DNA of 64,000 nucleotides from positions 512,001 to 576,000 of the forward strand of contig JBGAON010000002.1 of NCBI GenBank assembly GCA_044221725.1. Reading direction: 5' to 3'. This DNA is from Elusimicrobiota bacterium (GTDB lineage: Bacteria > Elusimicrobiota > Elusimicrobia > F11). Of this stretch, positions 51,901 to 60,979 are shown in pieces. Numbering within the stretch: position 1 is the first letter of the stretch; every line of letters starts with the position of its first letter. A program made the position numbers and the translations under genes. Under the pieces are notes generated by a model. The model searched no databases. It was not told the DNA's origin and saw nothing but the letters and a program-made list of their open reading frames with translations.

Positions 51901-53577
51901 ATGAACATTGCGGAATCAAAAGGTTCGTCGTTCGCGCGTACCAGCAATAATTGGAATAAATGGCGGTGGTACGCCGGGGCGACGGTTCTGTTGTTATTGT
52001 TTCTTCCATTTGAAAGCGTTCATGCCGACGACCAAAGCTTTCTTTCCAAAGAAGACACCTGGGCAAATTGGGAGCGCCGCTGGGACGATGCGTTTAAAAA
52101 TATTCCATCGCGCTCATTGCCGGGCCGTACCATGGGACTCATTGTTCCGTCCGATTCGCGAGACGACATTCTGCCGCTTTCGGCGTTTGGCTACGAAGTG
52201 TTGGCCCGAGGTTCGTTTCATACGGCGGTTATTCTTTTGCGCGCACCGGCCGATTATCCGGCGGACGGTCTCGTCGCGCCTGGCATTCCTTCGCTGGAAA
52301 CACCGTTCGGCCGTTTTCCCGTCGACACCGTTTTGCGGGATCAACTCACGGGGCCTGGCAAAGGGGTGAGCGTCGATCCGAATTTGTTTGTGAACGATAT
52401 GCCGAAGATTCTCACGCGCCAATTGGCCGCGCTCAAATACGTGCTGAAGAAAGACGTGGTGTCGATGCGCGTGCTACCGTTGTACGTAAAACTGTCGGAT
52501 GTGAATTCGCAGGCGAAAGACTTGGCGCCGTTTTTGGTCGACCGCATTCGTGATTACGGCGTTGATTCCGACGTTGTGTTTCTTATTTTGTCGAATCTTT
52601 CGCGCACGAACAGCGATGACAAACTCATTCAGACCGACGCACCGGTTCTCAAAGCAATTCGCGAACTGAACGTGGACGAGTTGCTAAACATGAAACAAGA
52701 AGACGTGATCCATGAAGATTTCGGTGTGCTTTTGCTCGGCGTGCTCACCATGCGTTGGATGGGCTCCGATCACGCGGATATTTTTGCGTACAGTCATTCG
52801 GGGCAGTTGGTTCTTACGAAGGACAAGAAAACGCCGCTGAGTTATATCGCGGGCGGGTTTGCTTCAAAGCCGCCAATCTTTTCCAAGGTTGCACATGTTG
52901 AACAAGAGAAAATGGCCGACACATTCGGCGAATTGCTCCGCTCCGATCTCCTGGCGCTTGCGCGGCAGACGCTTTTGTCAACAATTGATCCCACGGCCGC
53001 AAAGCCACCGGCCGTGAACAACCCACAGGCCGGGAAAAAGTGGCCCGTGTATGTTTCAATCTTCGACGCGCAAGGAAAATTGGCGGGGCAAGCCGGCTCC
53101 CATGTCGCAACCGGTCCACTCGAGGAGTCCATTCGCAAATACACGTTTGATGCCGTGCGGCGCGCGCAACCCGACTTAACGAAAGCGAACGCGAACGCCT
53201 ACGTGGTAGAAATCAGTATTCCGTACGGCTTCGAGAAGATAAACCAGCCGGATGACTACATTCCGCTATTGAACGGGGTTGTCGTTGAACAAAAATTAAA
53301 AACACAAGCGATGCATCCCGATATCTGGCGCACCTACCCCGACCCGCATCAAATGCTCAGTACTATTTCAACGCGACTCGGCGGCGATCCGTGGACGTAT
53401 GCAACGAGCGCCGCCAAATTGGATTCGTTCCGCGTGCTGTCGTTCAATGAGAAGGAACCGTTCCAACAGTTGGGTTCCACCAAGAAGAAAAAGAAAAAAT
53501 CTGCCGATGGACTCGAAGAGGATCTCGGGGGAGGTGGCGGAGGCGGTGGCGCTGGCGGAAGCCCGTTCGGCTTTTAA
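51901..53577 (+). CDS. Exported, degenerate Memo (AmmeMemoRadiSam B)-AMMECR1 (A) fusion-like protein
   Basis: GLIVP, ETPFG.FPVD (Memo-like); LLALARQTL, VYVSI...G.L.G..G and VEISI (AMMECR1-like); signal peptide ending VHA. Confidence 0.55.
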   Translation: MNIAESKGSSFARTSNNWNKWRWYAGATVLLLLFLPFESVHADDQSFLSKEDTWANWERRWDDAFKNIPSRSLPGRTMGLIVPSDSRDDILPLSAFGYEVLARGSFHTAVILLRAPADYPADGLVAPGIPSLETPFGRFPVDTVLRDQLTGPGKGVSVDPNLFVNDMPKILTRQLAALKYVLKKDVVSMRVLPLYVKLSDVNSQAKDLAPFLVDRIRDYGVDSDVVFLILSNLSRTNSDDKLIQTDAPVLKAIRELNVDELLNMKQEDVIHEDFGVLLLGVLTMRWMGSDHADIFAYSHSGQLVLTKDKKTPLSYIAGGFASKPPIFSKVAHVEQEKMADTFGELLRSDLLALARQTLLSTIDPTAAKPPAVNNPQAGKKWPVYVSIFDAQGKLAGQAGSHVATGPLEESIRKYTFDAVRRAQPDLTKANANAYVVEISIPYGFEKINQPDDYIPLLNGVVVEQKLKTQAMHPDIWRTYPDPHQMLSTISTRLGGDPWTYATSAAKLDSFRVLSFNEKEPFQQLGSTKKKKKKSADGLEEDLGGGGGGGGAGGSPFGF

Positions 53578-53606
53578 AAAATTATGAAGTACGTGATTAC
53601 CAATCC

Positions 53607-53686
53607 GTCATCCTGGCATGTCGTAAGCCAGGATCCACTCTATCGAGAGTTTAAATGGGCCCTGGATAGAAACATTCCAGAGCGGC
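53607..53686. repeat. Palindromic element family A before oppC, flanked by TACGTGATT direct repeats
   Basis: GTCATCCTGGCATGTCGTAAGCCAGGATCCA...TGGGCCCTGGATAGAAACATTCCAGAGCGGC. Confidence 0.8.
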
Positions 53687-53701
53687 GAATTACGTGATTT
53701 T

Positions 53702-54532
53702 ATGCTGAGGTTTTATTGGCAACGTTTTTGCAGAAACCCGCTGGCCGTGGCAGGCGGAATTGCCGTGCTCCTGCTTGCCGCTGCGGCAATTTTCGCTCCG
53801 TGGATTGCGCCGCAAGATCCTTTGAAACAAGATCTATTGATGCGGCTGAAACCGCCGTCGCATTCGCACCTGTTTGGCACCGACGAATTGGGCCGCGACG
53901 TGCTGAGTCGCCTCATCATGGGAATTCGAATTTCTCTCAGTATTGGATTCATTTCGGTTTTTATTTCGGTTGGCATCGGCACCACGTGGGGGCTCGTGAG
54001 CGCGTATTTTGGAAAGTGGGTCGACGTGGGACTCATGCGAATTGTCGACGTGATGCTTTGTTTTCCAACGCTGTTTTTGATTCTGATGATCTTGGCCGTT
54101 ATGGACAAACCGAATATTTTTGTCGTTATGGGCGTGATTGGCCTCACCTCGTGGCCTGGGCTCGCGCGGTTGGTGCGCGGTGAAGTATTAAGTTTGCGCG
54201 AACGTGACTATGTGATGGTCGCGAAAGGTTTGGGCCTCTCATCCACACGCATTCTGTTTGTGCACATTCTTCCGAATGTTATCTCACCTATTCTCGTTGC
54301 AGCCACGCTCGGCGTCGGCGGCGCGATCTTAACCGAATCCGGTTTGTCGTTCTTGGGCCTCGGCGTTCAACCACCGACTCCATCCTGGGGGGGTGTGCTC
54401 ACGTCCGGAAAAGACTTTATTCACGTGGCGTGGTGGCTGTCGGTTTTTCCGGGTCTCGCTATTTTGTTCACGGTACTCGCGTTTAATTTGATCGGCGAAG
54501 GGTTGCGCGACGTGTTGGATCCGCGGCTGTGA
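53702..54532 (+). CDS. Peptide ABC permease (OppC/DppC-like)
   Basis: HLFGTDELGRD, HILPN, ESGLSFLGLG and GEGLRD.LDP motifs. Confidence 0.92.
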   Translation: MLRFYWQRFCRNPLAVAGGIAVLLLAAAAIFAPWIAPQDPLKQDLLMRLKPPSHSHLFGTDELGRDVLSRLIMGIRISLSIGFISVFISVGIGTTWGLVSAYFGKWVDVGLMRIVDVMLCFPTLFLILMILAVMDKPNIFVVMGVIGLTSWPGLARLVRGEVLSLRERDYVMVAKGLGLSSTRILFVHILPNVISPILVAATLGVGGAILTESGLSFLGLGVQPPTPSWGGVLTSGKDFIHVAWWLSVFPGLAILFTVLAFNLIGEGLRDVLDPRL

Positions 54533-55350
54533 GCGCACCGCTTCTTCAAATCACGAATTTGACGGTGGAATACACCAAAGGACACGCGCCGTTCACGGCC
54601 GTCCAAGGTGTATCGCTCACGATCAACAGAGGAGAATGCATGGCTCTTGTCGGTGAGTCGGGTTGCGGCAAGTCAACCATCGCCCTCGCTATCACGGGCC
54701 TGTTACCGAGAAACGAAAGCCGTGTTGCCGGTGGGGAAGTCTTACTCGATGGCCAAAACGTTCTGACAAATTCGGACGCTATGTGGCGATCGTATCGTGG
54801 AAAAAGAATCGCAATGATTTTTCAAGATCCGTTTTCGTCGCTGAATCCCGTGCTAACCATCGGGTATCAAATTGAGGAATCGCTCGCATTGGACGGCAAC
54901 GCCAATAAAAACAAAGCCTTTGAGCTTCTATCGCATGTACAAATCTCCGATCCGGAGCGTGTTTATAATTCTTACCCGCACCAGATTTCCGGCGGACAAC
55001 GGCAGCGCGTGATGATCGCGATCGCGCTGTCGCGCGGGCCGGAATTGCTGATTGCCGACGAACCGACCACCGCGCTGGATGTGACCGTTCAAGACGAAAT
55101 CATAAAACTCCTCAAACGGCTTCAGATTGAAACAAAGATGTCGCTGCTGTTTGTGACGCACAATCTGGGTTTGGTCAAATATATCGCCGACAGCGTTTCT
55201 GTCATGCGCAACGGAAAAATAGTCGAGACCGGTGCGGCCGACCACGTGCTATCCAAGCCCGCGCATCCGTACACGAAAGGATTGCTGCGCTGCATGCCGA
55301 CACTGAAAAAATCCGACGGCCCACTCCCAACGCTTGAAGGCATCGCGTGA
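54529..55350 (+). CDS. Peptide ABC ATPase (OppD-like)
   Basis: [23 protein letters not shown] and HPYT motifs. Confidence 0.92.
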   Translation: MSAPLLQITNLTVEYTKGHAPFTAVQGVSLTINRGECMALVGESGCGKSTIALAITGLLPRNESRVAGGEVLLDGQNVLTNSDAMWRSYRGKRIAMIFQDPFSSLNPVLTIGYQIEESLALDGNANKNKAFELLSHVQISDPERVYNSYPHQISGGQRQRVMIAIALSRGPELLIADEPTTALDVTVQDEIIKLLKRLQIETKMSLLFVTHNLGLVKYIADSVSVMRNGKIVETGAADHVLSKPAHPYTKGLLRCMPTLKKSDGPLPTLEGIA

Positions 55351-56174
55351 AACTCGTTGTTCGTTCGCTCACGAAAAAATTTCCGATCAATCGCGGCTTC
55401 TTTTTGGGCGTGAAAGGCGTCCTTCGAGCGGTGGACGACGTTTCGTTTGAATTGGAACCGGGACAAAGTCTCGGTATCGTTGGAGAATCGGGCAGCGGGA
55501 AAACCACGATCTCAAAACTTCTTGCCGGTTTTCTGACGGCCGATTCCGGCGAAGCCACGTTGGGCGAACACGACTTGCTGAAGCTCGACCGCCACGCGCG
55601 GGCGCGCCTGGTTCAAATGGTGTTTCAAGACCCGTTTGCGTCGCTGAATCCGAAATTATTGTTACGCACGCAGTTAAGTGAAGCTATCCACCCGGACCGA
55701 GCGGGCAATTCGTCGCCCCGGCAAGCTTTTGGCCGGGGCCGAGGTTCTCCAACGGAAAACCGGGATCCCGGCCAAAAGCTTGCCGGGATGACGCGTTTGA
55801 TGCAAGACGTCGGACTACCGCCGGAGTTTCTTGACCGCTACCCGCATCAACTTTCGGGCGGGCAACGGCAACGTTTCGCGATCGCTCGCGCGCTGGCCGC
55901 GGGCCCGCAGCTTTTGTTGGCAGACGAGCCGGTGTCGGCGCTCGACATCAGCGTGCAAGCCCAGATTATTAATCTGCTCAACAAACTGCGTGCCGAAAAA
56001 AAGTTTTCTCAAATCTTAATTTCGCATGATTTGGCCGTGATCGCGAACACGTGCGATACAATGCTCGTCATGAAAGATGGGAAAGTGGTCGAGCGTGGGT
56101 TCGTGGAGAAAGTGCTGGACCAGCCGGAACATCCTTACACGAAGCGACTCATTGCCGCTGTGCCGACGCTGTAA
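55347..56174 (+). CDS. Peptide ABC ATPase (OppF-like) with an in-frame palindromic insert
   Basis: GESGSGKT, LSGGQRQR and DEPVSALD motifs; extra segment SSPRQAFGRGRGSPTENRDPGQKLAGMT. Confidence 0.9.
   Translation: MKLVVRSLTKKFPINRGFFLGVKGVLRAVDDVSFELEPGQSLGIVGESGSGKTTISKLLAGFLTADSGEATLGEHDLLKLDRHARARLVQMVFQDPFASLNPKLLLRTQLSEAIHPDRAGNSSPRQAFGRGRGSPTENRDPGQKLAGMTRLMQDVGLPPEFLDRYPHQLSGGQRQRFAIARALAAGPQLLLADEPVSALDISVQAQIINLLNKLRAEKKFSQILISHDLAVIANTCDTMLVMKDGKVVERGFVEKVLDQPEHPYTKRLIAAVPTL
55710..55793. repeat. 84-bp palindromic element inside oppF
   Basis: CGTCGCCCCGGCAAGCTTTTGGCCGGG inverted with CCCGGCCAAAAGCTTGCCGGGATGACG. Confidence 0.85.
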
Positions 56175-56189
56175 GAGGAATAATTTATA

Positions 56190-56594
56190 CCCCACCCTAC
56201 CCTCCCCACTGAAACGACGTGGGGAGGAAACACCTCCCTCAAGATCCGACTATTCAACGTCAATCGCTGCCCCCTCCCCATGTCTCATCAATGGGGAAGG
56301 TAGGGTGGGGTAAAAGTGCGGTATTCAACGTCAATCGCTGCTCCCTCCCCATGTCTCGTCAATGGGGAGGGTAGGGTGGGGTAAGAGTGCGGCATTCAAC
56401 GTCAATTGCTGCCCCCTCCCCATGTCTCGTCAATGGGGAGGGCAGGGTGGGGTAAGAGTGCGGCATCCAACGTCAATCGCTGCTCCCTCCCCATGTCTCA
56501 TCAATGGGGAGGGTAGGGTGGGGTAAGGGTGCGGTATTCAACGTCAATCGCTGCTCCTCCCCATGTCTCGTCAATGGGGAGGGTAGGGTGGGGT
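56190..56594. repeat. One inverted family-C unit followed by five tandem 71-bp units (last one truncated)
   Basis: Units start at 56251, 56322, 56393, 56464 and 56535; consensus YATTCAACGTCAATCGCTGCYCCCTCCCCATGTCTCRTCAATGGGGAGGGTAGGGTGGGGTAAGAGTGCGG. Confidence 0.92.
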
Positions 56595-56629
56595 GATAAA
56601 TCACTTCCTTATCACCTATAATTCAATAA

Positions 56630-58150
56630 ATGATTCTTCCTGACCTCATTCAACGCAACGCGGAACTTTATCCGGACCGAACAGCGCTCGTGTTCCGCAA
56701 CGAAAAGATCTCGTTTTCGCAACTGAACGAAAAAATTCTCACGTGCGCGCAAGGACTTTCCGACTTGGGAATCAAAAAGGGCTCGACGTTCGCGCTCGTG
56801 CTGCGCAATTCACCCGAGTTTGTGATTCTTTCGATGGCGCTCTCGCGGCTTGGCGCCATTTCCGTGCCTATTAATTTTCTCGAGAAAGCGGACCGCCTCG
56901 AACTAATTTTGAACGACGCGAAAGCGGAGGGGATTCTCACCGCGAAAGAATTTTTCCGCCACGTCGCGACCGCGATGAAAAAAGTGCCCACGCTCAAACA
57001 CAAATTTCTCCGCGAAGGTGATCACAAAGAATTCAAACCGTTTGCGGCGCTCATGAGCGACAAAAAATGGTCGGGCAACAACAAGGTGACCGAAGACGAT
57101 CTTATGATGCTGCTTTATACGTCCGGCACGACCGGCCTTCCCAAAGGCGCGATGCTCACGCACAAAAATTTCATTGCGAACGTGGATCAGTGCCTCGGCG
57201 CCATAAAGCTTAGCGAGAAAGACCGTTTTCTGTGCTTGTTGCCGCTGTTTCATTCGTTTTCGTGGACCACGTGCTTTCTTATTCCAATGAAAATTGGCGC
57301 CCGCACGGTCATCATTGAATCGCTGGCCCCGTTTGATCCGGTTATCAAGGCAATCTGGAACAACAAGGTGACGCTGTTTGTCGGCGTTCCGCAAATCTTT
57401 GCGGCACTGGCGCAGCGCGTGCAAGGCGTAAAAGCGATGTTCATTCGACTCATGAACCCCGTGCGCGCGTGCGTTTCGGGCGCGGCACCGCTACCAGAAA
57501 ATGTGCTCGTTCAATTCAAGAAGTCGTTCGGGGTGCCGCTTTTGGAAGGTTACGGCCTCACGGAAGCGTCGCCGGTTGTTTGCTTGAACCCGATGGACAA
57601 ACAAAAGAAGAACAGCGTTGGGAAACCCTTGCCCGGCATCGAGCTCACGTTGCACGATGATGATGGGAAACTTGTCGACGACGGCGAGGTCGGTGAAATT
57701 TGGGTTCGTGGCGCGAACATCATGAAGGGCTATTACAACAAGCCGAAAGAGACGAAAGAAGCGCTAACGAAAGACGGCTGGCTTAAAACCGGCGACATGG
57801 GAAAATTCGACAAAGACGGGTTCGTGTACATCGTCGACCGAAAAAAGGATTTGATCATCGTCAAAGGGTTGAATGTTTACCCTCAAGAAGTTGAAAATGT
57901 GATTGCGATGGACCCGGGCGTCAAGGAAGTGGCGGTTGTCGGGAAAGTGAACAAGGATGACGGCGACGAGATCATCCGCGCGTTTGTGACCATCAAAGAG
58001 GGAAAAACCGTCGAGAAGAAAAAACTTTTTGAATTGTGCCGCGAACATTTGGCCGCGTACAAACTGCCGAAAGAAATCATCATCATCGATGAAATGCCGC
58101 GCAACGCGCTGCAAAAGATCCTCAAAAAAGACCTGCGCCAACGCCCCTAA
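56630..58150 (+). CDS. Long-chain fatty acid--CoA ligase
   Basis: YTSGTTGLPKG, EGYGLTE, TGD and DRKKD motifs. Confidence 0.9.
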   Translation: MILPDLIQRNAELYPDRTALVFRNEKISFSQLNEKILTCAQGLSDLGIKKGSTFALVLRNSPEFVILSMALSRLGAISVPINFLEKADRLELILNDAKAEGILTAKEFFRHVATAMKKVPTLKHKFLREGDHKEFKPFAALMSDKKWSGNNKVTEDDLMMLLYTSGTTGLPKGAMLTHKNFIANVDQCLGAIKLSEKDRFLCLLPLFHSFSWTTCFLIPMKIGARTVIIESLAPFDPVIKAIWNNKVTLFVGVPQIFAALAQRVQGVKAMFIRLMNPVRACVSGAAPLPENVLVQFKKSFGVPLLEGYGLTEASPVVCLNPMDKQKKNSVGKPLPGIELTLHDDDGKLVDDGEVGEIWVRGANIMKGYYNKPKETKEALTKDGWLKTGDMGKFDKDGFVYIVDRKKDLIIVKGLNVYPQEVENVIAMDPGVKEVAVVGKVNKDDGDEIIRAFVTIKEGKTVEKKKLFELCREHLAAYKLPKEIIIIDEMPRNALQKILKKDLRQRP

Positions 58151-59574
58151 TGAAGCTCAATCTCGCTCGTCACCTGCCCACCAACAATATCCACGTCGTT
58201 GGCGGGGCCGTAAGAGATCGTTTGCTGGGTCGCCCGGTCCTCGACATTGATCTCATTACGCCAATCGATCCCACCAAAATGGCGAACACGCTGGCCAACG
58301 AACTGAATGGCTCCGCGTTTCCGTTGGATGAAAAACGTGGCATCGTACGCGTAAAATTGCCGGACGGTGTCGTTGACTTCGCGAAATGGCAGGGGAAAAC
58401 GCTCGAACAAGATATCGATCGTCGGGATTTCACGGTCAACGCGCTCACGGTGCCGCTCGATACGTGGGAGAGGCCGAATTGGAAAAAGTTCATCATCGAT
58501 CGCCATTCGGGACTCCGTGATTTGAAATCGAAAAAGATCGGCGCCGTCAGCCCGTCTGTTTTTAAAGACGATCCGCTTCGTCTGCTGCGCGCGTTTCGCA
58601 TTGCGGCCGAGCTCGGCTTTGATATCCCCGCGCCCACCCGCGCCCTGATCTCCAAAAATAAAAACCTCATCCGCAAGCCCGCGCCCGAACGGGTGCGTGA
58701 AGAACTGCTCAAGCTTTTCGCAACGAACAATTCCTATCGGTATCTTAAATTAATGGACACGTGCGGGCTATTGGAAAAAGTTTTTCCGGAAGCGAACGCG
58801 CTTCGCAAAACCGCGCCCAACTATTACGGAAAAGGCGGGGTGCTCAAGCACACGCTCGACAGTGTGAAGTGTTTTGAAGAGATCCTTGCAGACCGGTCGT
58901 GGTTCCCTGGGCTTTCGACCAAGATAAATTCTTATTTGGCGGAGAAGATTGGCGGTCATTTGCGGCTCGCGCATTGCAAATGGGGTCTTCTGCTGCATGA
59001 CATCGGCAAACCGGCAACCATGAAAATGATCGACGGCCGGCTGCGCTTCTTCGAACACGAACACGTGGGCGCTGAGAAAGTGGGGAAACTCGCGAAGCGT
59101 TTCCGCTGGTCGTCCGATGAAACAAGCCGTTACGCGAACTACGTGCGGCACCATATGCGGCCCGGAAACTTAGCGTCGCACGACGAACTTACGGATAAAG
59201 CGATGCACCGCTTCTTTCGCGACTTGGGCGAAGAAGCAATTGCAATGCTGCTCATTTCGCTTGGCGATCACTTAACCTATTTGACCGCAAAACAAAAACG
59301 TGCGCGCAATTCCGCGCACGAGAAAGTGACGATAAAAATGGTGCGGCGCTACTATATGCACCGCGAGAAAATCGTTCCGCCCAAACTTTTGACGGGCTAC
59401 GATGTAATGAAAGCTTTTAATCTCAAACCGTCGCCGCTCATTGGTGCGCTCTTGAACGATTTAACCGAAGCACAAACCGAACACAAAATTAATTCGAAAG
59501 AAGAAGCGCTCAGTTATTTAAAGGAACGCCTGCCGTGGCACCAGGAAAAACTTCCGAAGACGAACTCCATTTAG
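58150..59574 (+). CDS. Class II tRNA nucleotidyltransferase with HD domain (probably CC-adding)
   Basis: GGAVRD.LLG....DID, D..RRDFTVNA, DDPLRLLRAFR, ERVREE and LLHDIGK motifs. Confidence 0.85.
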   Translation: MKLNLARHLPTNNIHVVGGAVRDRLLGRPVLDIDLITPIDPTKMANTLANELNGSAFPLDEKRGIVRVKLPDGVVDFAKWQGKTLEQDIDRRDFTVNALTVPLDTWERPNWKKFIIDRHSGLRDLKSKKIGAVSPSVFKDDPLRLLRAFRIAAELGFDIPAPTRALISKNKNLIRKPAPERVREELLKLFATNNSYRYLKLMDTCGLLEKVFPEANALRKTAPNYYGKGGVLKHTLDSVKCFEEILADRSWFPGLSTKINSYLAEKIGGHLRLAHCKWGLLLHDIGKPATMKMIDGRLRFFEHEHVGAEKVGKLAKRFRWSSDETSRYANYVRHHMRPGNLASHDELTDKAMHRFFRDLGEEAIAMLLISLGDHLTYLTAKQKRARNSAHEKVTIKMVRRYYMHREKIVPPKLLTGYDVMKAFNLKPSPLIGALLNDLTEAQTEHKINSKEEALSYLKERLPWHQEKLPKTNSI

Positions 59575-60023
59575 ATCAAGCGGCGTGGTTCGCCGCGCAA
59601 GGAATGGAAATGGGTGCGGGCGGGCCGTTCGGCGCGATGATCGTTCAAGGCGGGAAAATCGTCGCGGCCGCGCACAACACGGTTCTTCGCACGAACGATC
59701 CGACCTCACACGCCGAAGTGAACGCCATTCGCAAAGCGTCCGAAAAACTGGGGAGATTCGATTTGTCCGGCTGCACAATTTATTCCACAACCGAACCCTG
59801 CCCGATGTGTTTCTCCGCTATTCACTGGGCGCGAATCGATAAAGTTGTCTACTCCACCACAATCCAAGATGTAAAGAAACTCGGTTTCAACGAACTGTCG
59901 ATTCCGAACACAAAAATGAAATCCCTCGGCAAAAGCCCCGTCACACTGAAAAAAATTCCCAACGCCGCCTGCAAAAAACTTTTAAGCGATTGGAAGCAAT
60001 CCCCAAACCGAAAGACCTACTAA
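59535..60023 (+). CDS. Zinc-dependent nucleoside/guanine deaminase
   Basis: GGPFGA, HAEV and EPCPMC motifs. Confidence 0.88.
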   Translation: MAPGKTSEDELHLDQAAWFAAQGMEMGAGGPFGAMIVQGGKIVAAAHNTVLRTNDPTSHAEVNAIRKASEKLGRFDLSGCTIYSTTEPCPMCFSAIHWARIDKVVYSTTIQDVKKLGFNELSIPNTKMKSLGKSPVTLKKIPNAACKKLLSDWKQSPNRKTY

Positions 60024-60026
60024 CGC

Positions 60027-60160
60027 CGTCGTTGCGAGCCAGCATCCTTAAAACCATTAATCAATGCTGGCGAAGCAATCAAACAGATGGTGGGCGTGTT
60101 CGCCGAGATTGCTTCGCTCAGTTTTATTAATGATCTTTAATGACTGAACTCGCAATGACG
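60027..60160. repeat. Palindromic element family D (GTCRTTGCGAG...GAAGCAATC / GATTGCTTC...CTCGCAATGAC)
   Basis: Terminal IR CGTCGTTGCGAG/CTCGCAATGACG, internal IR CGAAGCAATC/GATTGCTTCG and two side hairpins. Confidence 0.8.
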
Positions 60161-60179
60161 ACATAATGACGACATCATC

Positions 60180-60836
60180 ATGATCAAAGTCATCTTCTTC
60201 GACGTCGGCGGCACATTGATCCGACCGTACCCATCGGTTGGCGCCATCTATTCGAATGTCGCGAAGCGTCATGGCATAAACGAATCCGCCGAACGCTTGG
60301 AGCAAAAGTTCAAAGACGCGTGGCGATCTGAGAAATCCACGCGGTCAAAAGTGACGAAAGAATGGTGGAAACAGGTGGTGAACGTGGTTTTCGCCGAACA
60401 CAAATTCGACGAACCCGATGCCTTCTTTGAAGATATATATAAGGAGTTTGAGAAAAAAGAGGTCTGGCAGGTTTTCGACGACGTCCTTGTCACGCTAAAC
60501 GAGCTTAAAAAACGCAACATCCGCTTGGCCGTCGCTTCCAATTGGGACGAACGCCTGCCCGCACTTTTGACCACGCTCGGTTTGGCGCCATTTTTCGAAG
60601 CACAATTCGTGTCATTTCACGTTGGCTTCGCGAAACCGGACCGCCGGTTTTTCGACATCGCGCTAAAAACCATGAACGTCGATCCGCTGGAAGCCTTCCA
60701 CGTGGGCGACGACGAAAAAGAAGACATCGAAGGCGCCCAAACCGTGGGCATGCGCGCCTACCAAATTGACCGGTCCCGCAAACCCGTGAACTCCCGGCAG
60801 CTCGTTTCTCTAACCGAAATCCTCGCCCGAATCTAA
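60180..60836 (+). CDS. HAD-superfamily hydrolase (subfamily IA)
   Basis: FDVGGTL, SNWD, KPD and HVGD...D..GA motifs. Confidence 0.9.
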   Translation: MIKVIFFDVGGTLIRPYPSVGAIYSNVAKRHGINESAERLEQKFKDAWRSEKSTRSKVTKEWWKQVVNVVFAEHKFDEPDAFFEDIYKEFEKKEVWQVFDDVLVTLNELKKRNIRLAVASNWDERLPALLTTLGLAPFFEAQFVSFHVGFAKPDRRFFDIALKTMNVDPLEAFHVGDDEKEDIEGAQTVGMRAYQIDRSRKPVNSRQLVSLTEILARI

Positions 60837-60979
60837 CCTCCTAAAAATCACGCTGCATTTTCAGCGCGTTTTTCCGCCCCATTGGCCACTCCGGTGCATA
60901 TCTGTGTGCAAGGAAGAACTTTGCACTCTGTTCTGACCCAACTCCGTCGAAAGGCGGATTGAAGCACCAGGAGATTAAA

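Noticed and set aside
56251..56594. Possible CRISPR array
   Set aside because: The whole 71-bp unit repeats with no unique spacers, and there are no cas genes in the window.
60883..60898. Sigma54-like TGGC-N8-TGCA site before the secreted protein
   Set aside because: The spacing fits but the match is partial and could easily be chance; there is no supporting evidence.
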